Assembly: GCF_000006765.1 (NCBI RefSeq)
Contig: NC_002516.2
DNA from: Pseudomonas aeruginosa PAO1
GTDB taxonomy: Bacteria > Pseudomonadota > Gammaproteobacteria > Pseudomonadales > Pseudomonadaceae
Strand: one strand, 5' to 3'
Length of the DNA: 64,000 nucleotides
Shown: positions 20,060 through 33,363 of the stretch, in pieces
How positions within the stretch are numbered: position 1 is the stretch's first letter
Layout: each line of letters starts with the position of its first letter
Notes under the pieces: model-generated
Database searches by the model: none
The model's input: only the letters and a program-made list of their open reading frames with translations
What the model was told of the DNA's origin: nothing
Made by a program: the position numbers and the translations under genes

Positions 20060-21736
20060 TCAGTTTTCCAGGGCCTTGTACTTCTCGCGCAGGCGATTGC
20101 GGATCGCGATGGCGGAGAAGTTCAGCAGGGCGATCACCACGACCAGCAGCAACGCCGTAGCGTATACCAGCGGCCGTGCGGCCTCGACGTTGGGGCTCTG
20201 GAAACCGACGTCGTAGATATGGAAACCGAGGTGCATGATCTTCTGGTCGAGATGCACGTACGGATAGTTACCGTCGACCGGCAGCGACGGTGCCAGTTTC
20301 ACCACGCCGACCAGCATCAGCGGCGCCACTTCGCCGGCGGCACGGGCCACGGCGAGGATCAGGCCGGTCATCATCGCCGGGCTGGCCATCGGCAGGACGA
20401 TCTTCCACAGCGTTTCCGCCTTGGTCGCGCCGAGCGCCAGGGAGCCTTCGCGGACCGCGCGCGGAATCCGCGCCAGGCCTTCCTCGGTGGCGACGATCAC
20501 CACCGGCACGGCGAGGATCGCCAGGGTCAGCGAGGCCCAGAACAGCCCGGGGGTACCGAAGGTCGGCGCCGGCAGGGCCTCGGGGAAGAACAGCCGGTCG
20601 ATGGAACCGCCCAGCACGTAGACGAAGAAACCCAGGCCGAACACGCCGTAGACGATCGCCGGTACGCCGGCGAGGTTGTTCACGGCGATGCGGATCACCC
20701 GGGTCAGCGGCCCCTGCTTGGCGTACTCGCGCAGGTAGACCGCAGCGATCACGCCGAACGGGGTGACGATCAGCGCCATCACCAGGGTCATCATCACGGT
20801 GCCGAAGATCGCCGGGAAGATACCGCCCTCGGTATTGGCCTCGCGCGGATCGTCGCTGAGGAACTCCCAGAGCTTCTTGAAGTACACCGTCATCTTGGTG
20901 CCCAGGCCCATGGCGTTGGGCTGGTAGGCATGCACCAGCTTGCCAAGGGTGATTTCGCTCTCGCGGCCGCTGGCGTCGCGCATTACCACGCTGTCGCGGT
21001 TGAACTCCTGGTGCAGGCCGTTGAGCTGCTCTTCCAGGACCTTGTAGCGCGCCTGCAACTCGCTGCGCTCGGCGGCCAGGTCGGCCTGGGCGGCGGCGTC
21101 CAGCTTGCCGTCCAACTGCAACTTGCGCTCTTTCAGGCGCAGGCGCTCGAGACCGTGGTTGATCCCGCCGATGTCGCCCTTCTCCAGCTTGTAGAGCTTG
21201 GCGTAGAGGTCATCCACCCGCTGCATGCGCTTCTGCAGTTCGCCTACCGCGGCGTCGCCTTCGGCGACCACCTGGCCGTTCTCCTTGACGCTCAGCAGGT
21301 AGCCGTAGAAGTTGCCCCACTCGCGGCGTTCGAGAACCATCAGCGCTTCGGGACGCTTGATGTCCTGCAGCCACTCGCCGACGACCCAGGAGAAATCGCT
21401 GCCGTAAAGCTCGCGGTTGCCCAGCTTGAGCAGCTCGCGGGTCATGAATTCGGGGCCGGCCTCCGGGACCGGCATGCCGGCGCTGCGCAGGCGCGTGCGC
21501 GGCACTTCCTCGGCCTGGACCACCTCGCCGATCACGGTCTTGGCGGCTTCGCCAGGGATCTGGTAAGTCGCCTCGATGACGTTCGCCGGCCAGAAGTGGC
21601 CGAGGCCGCGTACCGCGATCACCGCCAGCAGGCCGATGGTCATGATCACCGCGATCGACACCGCGCCGGCGTTCATCCACACCCAGGGCGAGCCGCTGCC
21701 GAACCAGGCTTTGACGGTTTCCTGTTTCTGTTTCAC
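20060..21736 (-). CDS. pstA: Phosphate ABC permease PstA with a long extracytoplasmic insertion
   Basis: GTG start; NNLAGVPAIVYG and ALGATKAET motifs. Confidence 0.95.
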   Translation of the reverse strand: MKQKQETVKAWFGSGSPWVWMNAGAVSIAVIMTIGLLAVIAVRGLGHFWPANVIEATYQIPGEAAKTVIGEVVQAEEVPRTRLRSAGMPVPEAGPEFMTRELLKLGNRELYGSDFSWVVGEWLQDIKRPEALMVLERREWGNFYGYLLSVKENGQVVAEGDAAVGELQKRMQRVDDLYAKLYKLEKGDIGGINHGLERLRLKERKLQLDGKLDAAAQADLAAERSELQARYKVLEEQLNGLHQEFNRDSVVMRDASGRESEITLGKLVHAYQPNAMGLGTKMTVYFKKLWEFLSDDPREANTEGGIFPAIFGTVMMTLVMALIVTPFGVIAAVYLREYAKQGPLTRVIRIAVNNLAGVPAIVYGVFGLGFFVYVLGGSIDRLFFPEALPAPTFGTPGLFWASLTLAILAVPVVIVATEEGLARIPRAVREGSLALGATKAETLWKIVLPMASPAMMTGLILAVARAAGEVAPLMLVGVVKLAPSLPVDGNYPYVHLDQKIMHLGFHIYDVGFQSPNVEAARPLVYATALLLVVVIALLNFSAIAIRNRLREKYKALEN

Positions 21737-21755
21737 AGAGCTATACCTCCGCCGC

Positions 21756-24041
21756 TTACAACGACGCGTATTTCTTGCGCAGACGCTGACGGATCAGCTC
21801 TGCCAGGGTGTTCATCACGAAGGTGAACGTCAGCAGTACCAGCGCCGAGAGGAACAGCACGCGGTAGTGGCTGCCGCCCACCTCCGACTCGGGCATCTCC
21901 ACCGCGACGTTGGCCGCCAGGGTGCGCATCCCCTCGAAGATATTCACTTCCATCACCGGGGTATTGCCGGTCGCCATCAGCACGATCATGGTCTCGCCGA
22001 CGGCGCGGCCCATGCCGATCATCAGCGCCGAGAAGATGCCTGGACTGGCGGTCAGGATCACCACGCGGGTCAGCGTCTGCCAGGGCGTGGCGCCCAGGGC
22101 CAGGGAGCCGTAGGTGAGGCTGCGCGGCACGCTGAAGATGGCGTCCTCGGCGATCGAGAAGATATTCGGGATCACCGCGAAGCCCATTGCCAGCCCGACG
22201 ATCAGGGCATTTCGCTGGTCGTAGGTGATGCCCAGGTCGTGGCTCAGCCAGAGGCGCATGTCGCCGCCGAAGAAGGTGGTCTCCAGGTGCGGGCTCAGCC
22301 ACAGGGCGAAGGCGCCGACGGCGAGCACCACCGGGATCAGCAGCGCGGCTTCCCAGCCGGCCGGCAGGCTCAGGCGGATACGCTCGGGCAGGCGGCTCCA
22401 GAGCAGGCCGGCGAGAAGGATGCCCAGCGGCGTCAGCAACAGCAGGCTGAACACCCCCGGCAGGTGGCCTTCGACGTAGGGCGCCAGGAACAGGCCGGCG
22501 AAGAAGCCGAGGATCACCGTCGGCAGCGCCTCCATCAGCTCGATCACCGGCTTGACCTTGCGGCGCATCGCCGGAGCCATGAAATAGGCGGTGTAGACGG
22601 CGGCCGCGATGGCCAGCGGAGCTGCCAGGATCATCGCGTAGAAGGCGGCCTTGAGCGTGCCGAAGGTCAGCGGCGAGAGGCTCAGCTTCGGTTCGAAGTC
22701 GGTGGTCGCGGCGGTGGACTGCCAGACGTAGGCCGGCTTGTCGTAGCTCTCGTACCAGACCTTGCCCCAGAGCGCGCTCCAGGAGATTTCCGGGTGCGGG
22801 TTGCTCAGGGCGAAGCGGTGGATCTTGCCACCCTGCTCCAGCAGCAGGCGGTTGGCCCGCGGCGACAGGGTGATGACCCCGGAAGAGTCGGCGACCGGCT
22901 GGACCAGCAGGGTACGGTGCGCGGTGCTGTGGAAGACGCCGAGGTTGCCCTTCTCGTCCAGGGCGATGAAGCCCTTGCGCCGTTGTTCCGGAGCGATGGC
23001 GCTGATCGGCGCGCCATCCAGGTTGAAGTCGCGAACGTGCGACAGGCGCGGTTCGCCGTCGGTATCGCGAGCCATGAACCACTGGGCGATGCCACCCTTG
23101 GAATCGCCCACCAGCAGCGAGATGCCGCCCAGCAGCTGGGTGCTCGCGGTGACCTCGGCGTTGGGGTCTTCCAGCAGCTTGTAGCGACCGTTCAACTGGC
23201 GGCTGTGCAGGTCAAACACATCGGCGGTGGCACGTCCGTTGATCACGTACAGCCACTGCTTGCGCGGGTCGAGGTAGATGGCTTTCACCGGTTCGGCGAT
23301 CTGCGGGAGTTCGATGCGCTCCTCGTCCAGCGTGCTTTCGCCGGTCAGCATGTTCTCTTCGCGAGTCATGCTCAACAGCAGCAGTTGCTTGTCGACGGAG
23401 CCAGCCAGCAGCAGGCTGTCGTCGCCGGCATTGATGCTCACATGCTCCAGCGGGCGGCCCTGCGGATCGAGACCGATCGGGGTCTCGCCGTAGGGGAAGG
23501 CGATCTCCGGGGTGATGGTCTTCTTGTTGTCCGGGTAGGTGACCTTGTAGGTGTGCTGGAACACCAGCACCTGTCCGTTGGACAGGCCCAGGGCGACCGT
23601 CGGGCTGCCCGGCTGGTCCTGGGCGATCGAGCGGATCTCGCTGCCCGCCGGAAGCGGCAGAGCGACACGCTTCAGTTCGACACCGGTCTTGGCGTTGAAG
23701 AAGAGGATCTCGCCCTGGCCGCCAACGCGCATGCCCACCTGGTTCTGCTCCTCGATGCTGAGCAGCAGGGGCACCTGCGCCTGCTGCATCCAGGCCGGAG
23801 TCAGCGCTTCGCGGGTCTCCAGGTCGGCGCCGCGGAACAGCGGGAGCACGACGTAGGCCAGGTAGAAGAAGATCAGGGTGATCGCCGCCAGCACGGCCAG
23901 GCCGCCGACCAGCACGTACCAGCGGGTCAGGCGGTCCTTGAGGGCACGGATGCGGCGCTTGCGTTGCAGGGCTGGCGTATTGAAGTCAATCCGCTCGGGA
24001 GCAAGGGAGGAGTTCATCGGGGAGTTGGCCATGTCGTTCAT
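21756..24041 (-). CDS. pstC: Phosphate ABC permease PstC with a large N-terminal periplasmic domain
   Basis: C-terminal MEALPTVILGF, ALGATPWQT and GRAVGETM. The start is uncertain (ATG at 24041, 24032 or 24017). Confidence 0.93.
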   Translation of the reverse strand: MNDMANSPMNSSLAPERIDFNTPALQRKRRIRALKDRLTRWYVLVGGLAVLAAITLIFFYLAYVVLPLFRGADLETREALTPAWMQQAQVPLLLSIEEQNQVGMRVGGQGEILFFNAKTGVELKRVALPLPAGSEIRSIAQDQPGSPTVALGLSNGQVLVFQHTYKVTYPDNKKTITPEIAFPYGETPIGLDPQGRPLEHVSINAGDDSLLLAGSVDKQLLLLSMTREENMLTGESTLDEERIELPQIAEPVKAIYLDPRKQWLYVINGRATADVFDLHSRQLNGRYKLLEDPNAEVTASTQLLGGISLLVGDSKGGIAQWFMARDTDGEPRLSHVRDFNLDGAPISAIAPEQRRKGFIALDEKGNLGVFHSTAHRTLLVQPVADSSGVITLSPRANRLLLEQGGKIHRFALSNPHPEISWSALWGKVWYESYDKPAYVWQSTAATTDFEPKLSLSPLTFGTLKAAFYAMILAAPLAIAAAVYTAYFMAPAMRRKVKPVIELMEALPTVILGFFAGLFLAPYVEGHLPGVFSLLLLTPLGILLAGLLWSRLPERIRLSLPAGWEAALLIPVVLAVGAFALWLSPHLETTFFGGDMRLWLSHDLGITYDQRNALIVGLAMGFAVIPNIFSIAEDAIFSVPRSLTYGSLALGATPWQTLTRVVILTASPGIFSALMIGMGRAVGETMIVLMATGNTPVMEVNIFEGMRTLAANVAVEMPESEVGGSHYRVLFLSALVLLTFTFVMNTLAELIRQRLRKKYASL

Positions 24042-24049
24042 GGGGTGAC

Positions 24050-24094
24050 ACCCTAAAGGCTCTGTATGACAGACAGATGACAGCAACATGACGC
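24050..24094 (-). promoter_or_regulatory. Internal Pho-box promoter of pstC
   Basis: Minus strand reads GCGTCATGTTG/CTGTCATCTGT/CTGTCATACAG. The last CTGTCAT is followed by 10 bp, then TAGGGT (24055-24050). Confidence 0.8.
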
Positions 24095-24100
24095 AACAAA

Positions 24101-24157
24101 GCCCGCCAGCAGAGCCTCGCTGGCGGGAAAGGCCGGCGGGTCCTAGCGCCCGCCGGC
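24101..24157 (-). terminator. Two GC-rich hairpins between pstS and pstC
   Basis: CCCGCCAGC-N8-GCTGGCGGG and GCCGGCGGG-N8-CCCGCCGGC. Confidence 0.55.
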
Positions 24158-24211
24158 AGAGCCTTCATGCCTGGACGGCCCATCGCTGGGCCATCCGCTC
24201 AAGTCACTGGA

Positions 24212-25183
24212 TTACAGGCCCAGTTCCTTGATCGCCTTCTCGGCCACCTTGGCCGGCAGCGGGATGTAGCCGTCCTTGACCACGACCTGCTGGCCGGTCT
24301 TGGACAGAACCAGCTTGAGGAACTGAGCCTCCAGCGGATCCAGCGGCTTGTTCGGCGCCTTGTTCACGTAGACGTAGAGGAAGCGCGACAGCGGGTAGGT
24401 GCCGTTCAGGGCGTTCTGCTCGTTGTCCTCGACGAAGGCAGCGCCTTCCTTCTTGGCCAGGGCCACGGTCTTCACGCTGGCGGTCTTGTAGCCGATACCG
24501 GAGTAGCCGATGCCGTTCAGCGACTGGCTGACCGACTGCACCACGGAAGCCGAACCCGGCTGCTCGTTGACGTTCGGACGGAAGTCGCCTTTGCACAGGG
24601 CTTCTTCCTTGAAGTAGCCGTAGGTGCCGGAAACCGAGTTGCGGCCGAACAGTTGCACCGGCTTCTTCGCCCAGTCACCGGTCAGGCCCAGGTCGCCCCA
24701 GGTCTTCACGTCCTGCTTGCTGCCGCACAGGCGGGTAGCGGAGAAGATCGCATCGACCTGCTGCATGGTCAGGCCTTTGATCGGGTTGTCCTTGTGCACG
24801 AAGATCGCCAGGGCGTCGACAGCGACCGGGACGGCGGTCGGCTTATAGCCGTACTTCTGCTCGAAAGCCTGCAGCTCGACGTCCTTCATCTTGCGGCTCA
24901 TCGGGCCCAGGTTGGCGGTGCCTTCGGTCAGGGCCGGCGGCGCGGTGGAAGAACCGGCAGCCTGGATCTGGATGTTCACGTTCGGATAGAGGCGCTTGTA
25001 CTCCTCGGCCCACATGGTCATCAGGTTGGCCAGAGTGTCGGAGCCGACGCTCGACAGGTTGCCCGACACACCGCTGGCTTTCTGATATTCCGGCAGCGCC
25101 GGGTCGATCGCGGCTACCGCGGAAGCGGCGCCTACGCCTGCGGCGACGAACGTCAGGGCCGCCATCAAACGCTTGAGTTTCAT
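24212..25183 (-). CDS. pstS: Phosphate-binding periplasmic protein
   Basis: AAGGAG SD before ATG 25183, a signal peptide, and GSDT, GSSTA and RNSVSGT phosphate-binding motifs. Confidence 0.95.
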
Positions 25184-25226
25184 GCCTTGCTCCTTGGACA
25201 GGATGGGGTTGGATGGAACGGGGGCC

Positions 25227-25282
25227 AGTATCGTCAGGCCGCATGAAGACTCTATGAAAGGAATATGACAGTTGGATGAAAT
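25227..25282 (-). promoter_or_regulatory. Pho-box array and -10 of the pstS promoter
   Basis: Minus strand reads ATTTCATCCAA/CTGTCATATTC/CTTTCATAGAG/TCTTCAT, then 10 bp, then GATACT. Confidence 0.78.
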
Positions 25283-25539
25283 GCCATCAGCCTTCCGACA
25301 TTTTTCCGCAAGCCTTGGGAGAAGCCCTGCCACACCCCTAAAAGCCTGGAAACACAAGGGCTCCAGCCTTTCACGGAGGGGCCCGGGAGGCCCTCTGGAG
25401 CGCGTTTTCGATCCGCCTGGGGGAGGTAGCCGTCCATCCGTTTCATGCAGGATGGGTAGTTTCCAGGGCAATTGTGACAGTCGCCGCCGGCATTCGCAGT
25501 CGAGAAAAGAAGCGAGGAAGCACGCCTTTTTCCGCGCGC

Positions 25540-25577
25540 AAAAGCAAAACCCCCGGTCATCGCTGACCAGGGGTTTT
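25540..25577 (-). terminator. rRNA operon terminator
   Basis: Minus strand reads AAAACCCCTGGTCA-GCGA-TGACCGGGGGTTTT followed by GCTTTT. Confidence 0.8.
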
Positions 25578-25584
25578 GGGATAG

Positions 25585-25704
25585 GAGCTTGACGATGACC
25601 TACTCTCACATGGGGAGACCCCACACTACCATCGGCGATGCGTCGTTTCACTTCTGAGTTCGGGAAGGGATCAGGTGGTTCCAACGCTCTATGATCGTCA
25701 AGCA
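25585..25704 (-). rRNA. rrf: 5S rRNA
   Basis: Reverse complement reads TGCTTGACGATCATAGAGCGTTGGAACCACCTGATCCC...GCCGATGGTAGTGTGGGG... Confidence 0.97.
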
Positions 25705-25847
25705 ATTCGGTTGGATATCCGTTCGCTTGGGCTTACGTCTATCCGGATTCAGGTATGTGATTTCAAGGTGTTTTGCGGTTCATGCGAACTTTCGGTTCGT
25801 CGACTTCACCTTACAACACACAATCGTCAGATTGTTTGGGTGTTATA

Positions 25848-28737
<2,890 letters not shown>

Positions 28738-28877
28738 ATATAACCCCAAGCAATCTGGTTATACTGTGAAGACGACATTCGCCGAAAATTCGCGCTTGAA
28801 CTCGCAAATTTTACCTTGACTTGAATGATCACCAGTGAAAGAGATCATTCAGTCTTACTTCTATCACATACCCGAAT

Positions 28878-28889
28878 TTTTAAAGAACA
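28878..28889 (-). promoter_or_regulatory. Spacer boxA antitermination element
   Basis: TGTTCTTTAAAA on the minus strand, between tRNA-Ala and 23S. Confidence 0.75.
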
Positions 28890-28963
28890 GTTCTGGTGCA
28901 AAGACCAGAAATCAATGTTCATTCACGAACATTCATTTCTGAGCTTTCGACGATTGTTTTAGA

Positions 28964-29039
28964 TGGTGGAGCCAAGGAGGATCGAACTCCTGACCTCCTG
29001 CGTGCAAAGCAGGCGCTCTCCCAGCTGAGCTATGGCCCC
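28964..29039 (-). tRNA. tRNA-Ala (TGC)
   Basis: GGGGCCATAGCTCAGCTGGGAGAGCGCCTGCTTTGCACGCAGG...TCCACCA, 76 nt. Confidence 0.98.
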
Positions 29040-29067
29040 GTATCGGATCACGCAGCACACCAACAAT

Positions 29068-29144
<77 letters not shown>

Positions 29145-29208
29145 AATCGTCTAACCAGTGAATCAAGCAATTCGTGTGGGAGCTTATGAAGAAGCTGAGA
29201 TCTTCGAT

Positions 29209-30744
<1,536 letters not shown>

Positions 30745-30907
30745 AATACTGCTTGGGTTTTGAGAAAACCCTAAACTTGGCTCAGCAATCGCATTCTCTT
30801 AAAAAGAGATAAAACTCTCGAATTCACGAGTGTTACTTGCGTTGCTGATAATCTTGCGATCACCAGTCTTACATCACAAGCACCCACACGAATTGCTTGA
30901 TTCGACT

Positions 30908-30919
30908 TGTTAAAGAGCA
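30908..30919 (-). promoter_or_regulatory. Leader boxA antitermination element
   Basis: Perfect TGCTCTTTAACA on the minus strand. Confidence 0.9.
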
Positions 30920-30954
30920 GTTGGTCAAGGCTTTCGTCTCAACCGAGGCCGCGC

Positions 30955-30982
30955 ATTCTACAGCAACCTCTCGTTCCGTCAA
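30955..30982 (-). promoter_or_regulatory. rrn promoter, proximal
   Basis: TTGACG-N16-TAGAAT followed by a GCGCGG discriminator. Confidence 0.8.
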
Positions 30983-31061
30983 GCGTTATTTTCGAAAATT
31001 TTCTTTTCTACTCAACCGCTTGCGCCGACCTTCAAACCATCTTCCGATCAGCGGGAGGCGC

Positions 31062-31089
31062 ATTCTACAGCGTTCAAATTCGCTGTCAA
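31062..31089 (-). promoter_or_regulatory. rrn promoter, middle
   Basis: TTGACA-N16-TAGAAT followed by a GCGCCT discriminator. Confidence 0.85.
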
Positions 31090-31239
31090 GCACCTCGATG
31101 AAGCTTCGTTTCGAGCCCCTTTCGGGACCGAACCGCTGCGGCGAACAACCTGCCGGAGCGCTTCACCACCCCTGGGAGAGAATCCGTAAATCCTTGATTT
31201 TCAAGCATTTACTCTTCGTCGTCGCCGGGAGTGGTGCGC

Positions 31240-31292
31240 ATTATAGGGAGATAGAAACTGGCGTCAACGATTATTTCAAAAATAATTCAAAT
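31240..31292 (-). promoter_or_regulatory. rrn promoter, distal (P1-like), with UP element
   Basis: TTGACG-N16-TATAAT followed by GCGCAC, with an AT-rich tract immediately upstream of the -35. Confidence 0.88.
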
Positions 31293-31309
31293 AACCGCCG
31301 GAAGCGCTT

Positions 31310-32626
31310 TCAGCCCACCGAAACCGCCTCGCCAGCCGGCTTTTTCTGCGCCAGCAGGTAGAGCCCGACGAGGAAGCCGACCAGGCACAGAGTGACCACG
31401 TAGTAAGCCGGCCCCATCGGGCTCTGCTTGAGCAGCAGGGCCACCGCCATCGGCGTCAGCCCACCGAAGATGGCGTAGGCCAGGTTGTAGGAAAAGGACA
31501 GGCCGGAGAAACGCACAACCGGTGGGAACGCATTGACCATCACGTAGGGAACGGCGCCGACGATGCCGACGAAGAAGCCGGTCAGTGCATATAAAGGAAA
31601 GAGCCAGTCCGGGTGGGCCTTGAGGTTGCCGTAGAAGCTCCAGGACACCAGCGCCAGCAGCACGCTACCGGCAACGAAAGTCAGCCCCGCGCCGTAACGA
31701 TCCGCCATGCGCCCGGCGACGATGCAGCCAAGGGTCAGGCAGACGATCGCCAGGCTGTTGGCCTTGAGCGCCGTGGCGGCATCGAAGCCGTATACGCTCT
31801 GCAGCACGGTAGGGGTCATCAGGATGACCACCACGATCGCGGCCGACAGCACCCAGGTCAGCAGCATCGACACCAGGACGGCGCCACGATGATCGCGGAC
31901 CACCGCTTTCAACGGCACTTCCTCTGCCAGCGCCTTGCGCTGCTGCAGCTCGGCGAATACCGGCGTCTCGTGCAGCCAGCGGCGCAGGTAGACCGAGAAC
32001 AGGCCGAACACCCCGCCGAGCAGGAAGGGAATCCGCCAGGCGTAGTCCTGCACCTCTGTCGCGCTATAGAAGCTATTGATCGCAGTAGCCACCAGCGAGC
32101 CCAGCAGGATGCCCGCCGTCAGGCCGGAAGTCAGCGTCCCGCAGGCATAACCGACATGCCGTGCCGGTACATGCTCGGCGACGAAGACCCAAGCCCCCGG
32201 CACCTCCCCGCCAATCGCGGCGCCCTGGATCACCCTCAGCAGGAGCAGCGCCAGGGGCGCCCAGATGCCGATCTGCGCGTAGGTCGGAAGCAGGCCCATG
32301 ATCAGGGTCGGCACCGCCATCATGAAGATGCTCAGGGTGAACATGCGCTTGCGCCCGAGCAGGTCGCCGAAGTGGGCCATGATCACGCCGCCCAGCGGCC
32401 GCGCCAGGTAGCCGGCGGCGAACAGGCCGAAGGTTTGCAGCTGACGCAGCCATTCCGGCATGTCCGCCGGGAAGAACAGCTTGCCGACCACGGTGGCGAA
32501 GAACACGAAGATGATGAAGTCGTAGAACTCCAGCGCTCCACCCAGGGCGGAGAGGGACAGGGTCTTGTAGTCGCTGCGGGTCAATGGACGCTGGGCCGGC
32601 GCCTCGGGAGCATTCGCGGATGGCAT
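31310..32626 (-). CDS. MFS transporter (MHS/ProP-like)
   Basis: GGALEFYDF, ARPLGG..MAHFGDLLGRKR and QGAAIGGEVPG motifs; about 12 hydrophobic segments. Confidence 0.9.
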   Translation of the reverse strand: MPSANAPEAPAQRPLTRSDYKTLSLSALGGALEFYDFIIFVFFATVVGKLFFPADMPEWLRQLQTFGLFAAGYLARPLGGVIMAHFGDLLGRKRMFTLSIFMMAVPTLIMGLLPTYAQIGIWAPLALLLLRVIQGAAIGGEVPGAWVFVAEHVPARHVGYACGTLTSGLTAGILLGSLVATAINSFYSATEVQDYAWRIPFLLGGVFGLFSVYLRRWLHETPVFAELQQRKALAEEVPLKAVVRDHRGAVLVSMLLTWVLSAAIVVVILMTPTVLQSVYGFDAATALKANSLAIVCLTLGCIVAGRMADRYGAGLTFVAGSVLLALVSWSFYGNLKAHPDWLFPLYALTGFFVGIVGAVPYVMVNAFPPVVRFSGLSFSYNLAYAIFGGLTPMAVALLLKQSPMGPAYYVVTLCLVGFLVGLYLLAQKKPAGEAVSVG

Positions 32627-32913
32627 GTCGGGATTGTTCTCTTTATTCGTTCAGCAAGCATGAGCGGGGTTCGACCGGCAGGCGTGTCGACCTGCGACCC
32701 GGGGACGCAGGAGCGAAACCATAGCAAATCGACGAATGTCCACACAGTCGGTCGAAGAGAGAACCGGGCGGTCGTCGGCTGCCCTACTCCTCTATATAAT
32801 GCCCGGGCGCCTCTGAAAGCTGTCCCAAGACCTTGCACCGGCAGGCGTTTTGGGAGAGTTTTCCCCTAAACCGCGCTTGAACAAGAAATCCGGGGGGCAC
32901 GAGGCCCTTACCT

Positions 32914-33318
32914 ATGATCGAGCTTGAACAAGAAGACCCCATTCCCCAGGGAGACCTGGCCTTGCAGATTACCGCGCTGCCGCGCGAAACCAACGGTTTC
33001 GGCGATATCTACGGCGGTTGGCTGGTATCCCAGATGGACCTGGCGGGAACCGCCATGGCCAGCAAGATCGCCGGCGGCCGTATCGCCACCGTCGCCATCG
33101 ACCGCATGGCCTTCATGGTGCCGGTCGCGGTAGGTGCCCAGCTTTCCTTCTATACCCAGACCCTGGAAGTCGGCCGCAGCTCGATCCGCATGCTGGTCGA
33201 GGTGTGGAGCGACGACCCGCTGTCCAGCGAATGGCGCAAAGTCACCGAGGCGGTGTTCGTGTTCGTCGCCATCGATGGCAGCGGGCGCACCCGCCCGGTC
33301 CCGCCACGCCGGGGCTAG
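32914..33318 (+). CDS. Acyl-CoA thioesterase (YciA-like hotdog fold)
   Basis: TNGFGDIYGGWLVSQMDLA motif and FVFVAID. Confidence 0.9.
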   Translation: MIELEQEDPIPQGDLALQITALPRETNGFGDIYGGWLVSQMDLAGTAMASKIAGGRIATVAIDRMAFMVPVAVGAQLSFYTQTLEVGRSSIRMLVEVWSDDPLSSEWRKVTEAVFVFVAIDGSGRTRPVPPRRG

Positions 33319-33363
33319 ACGCAGGAACGCCGGCTATCGCCGGCGTTCTTGTTTGCGCGTTCC

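Noticed and set aside
19355-24056. 823-aa and 826-aa plus-strand ORFs over pstB/A/C
   Set aside because: Antisense shadows of real genes.
25184-25705. 174-aa N-terminal extension of pstS in the ORF track
   Set aside because: It runs through the Pho-box promoter, the rrn terminator and the 5S gene. The SD and signal peptide support ATG 25183.
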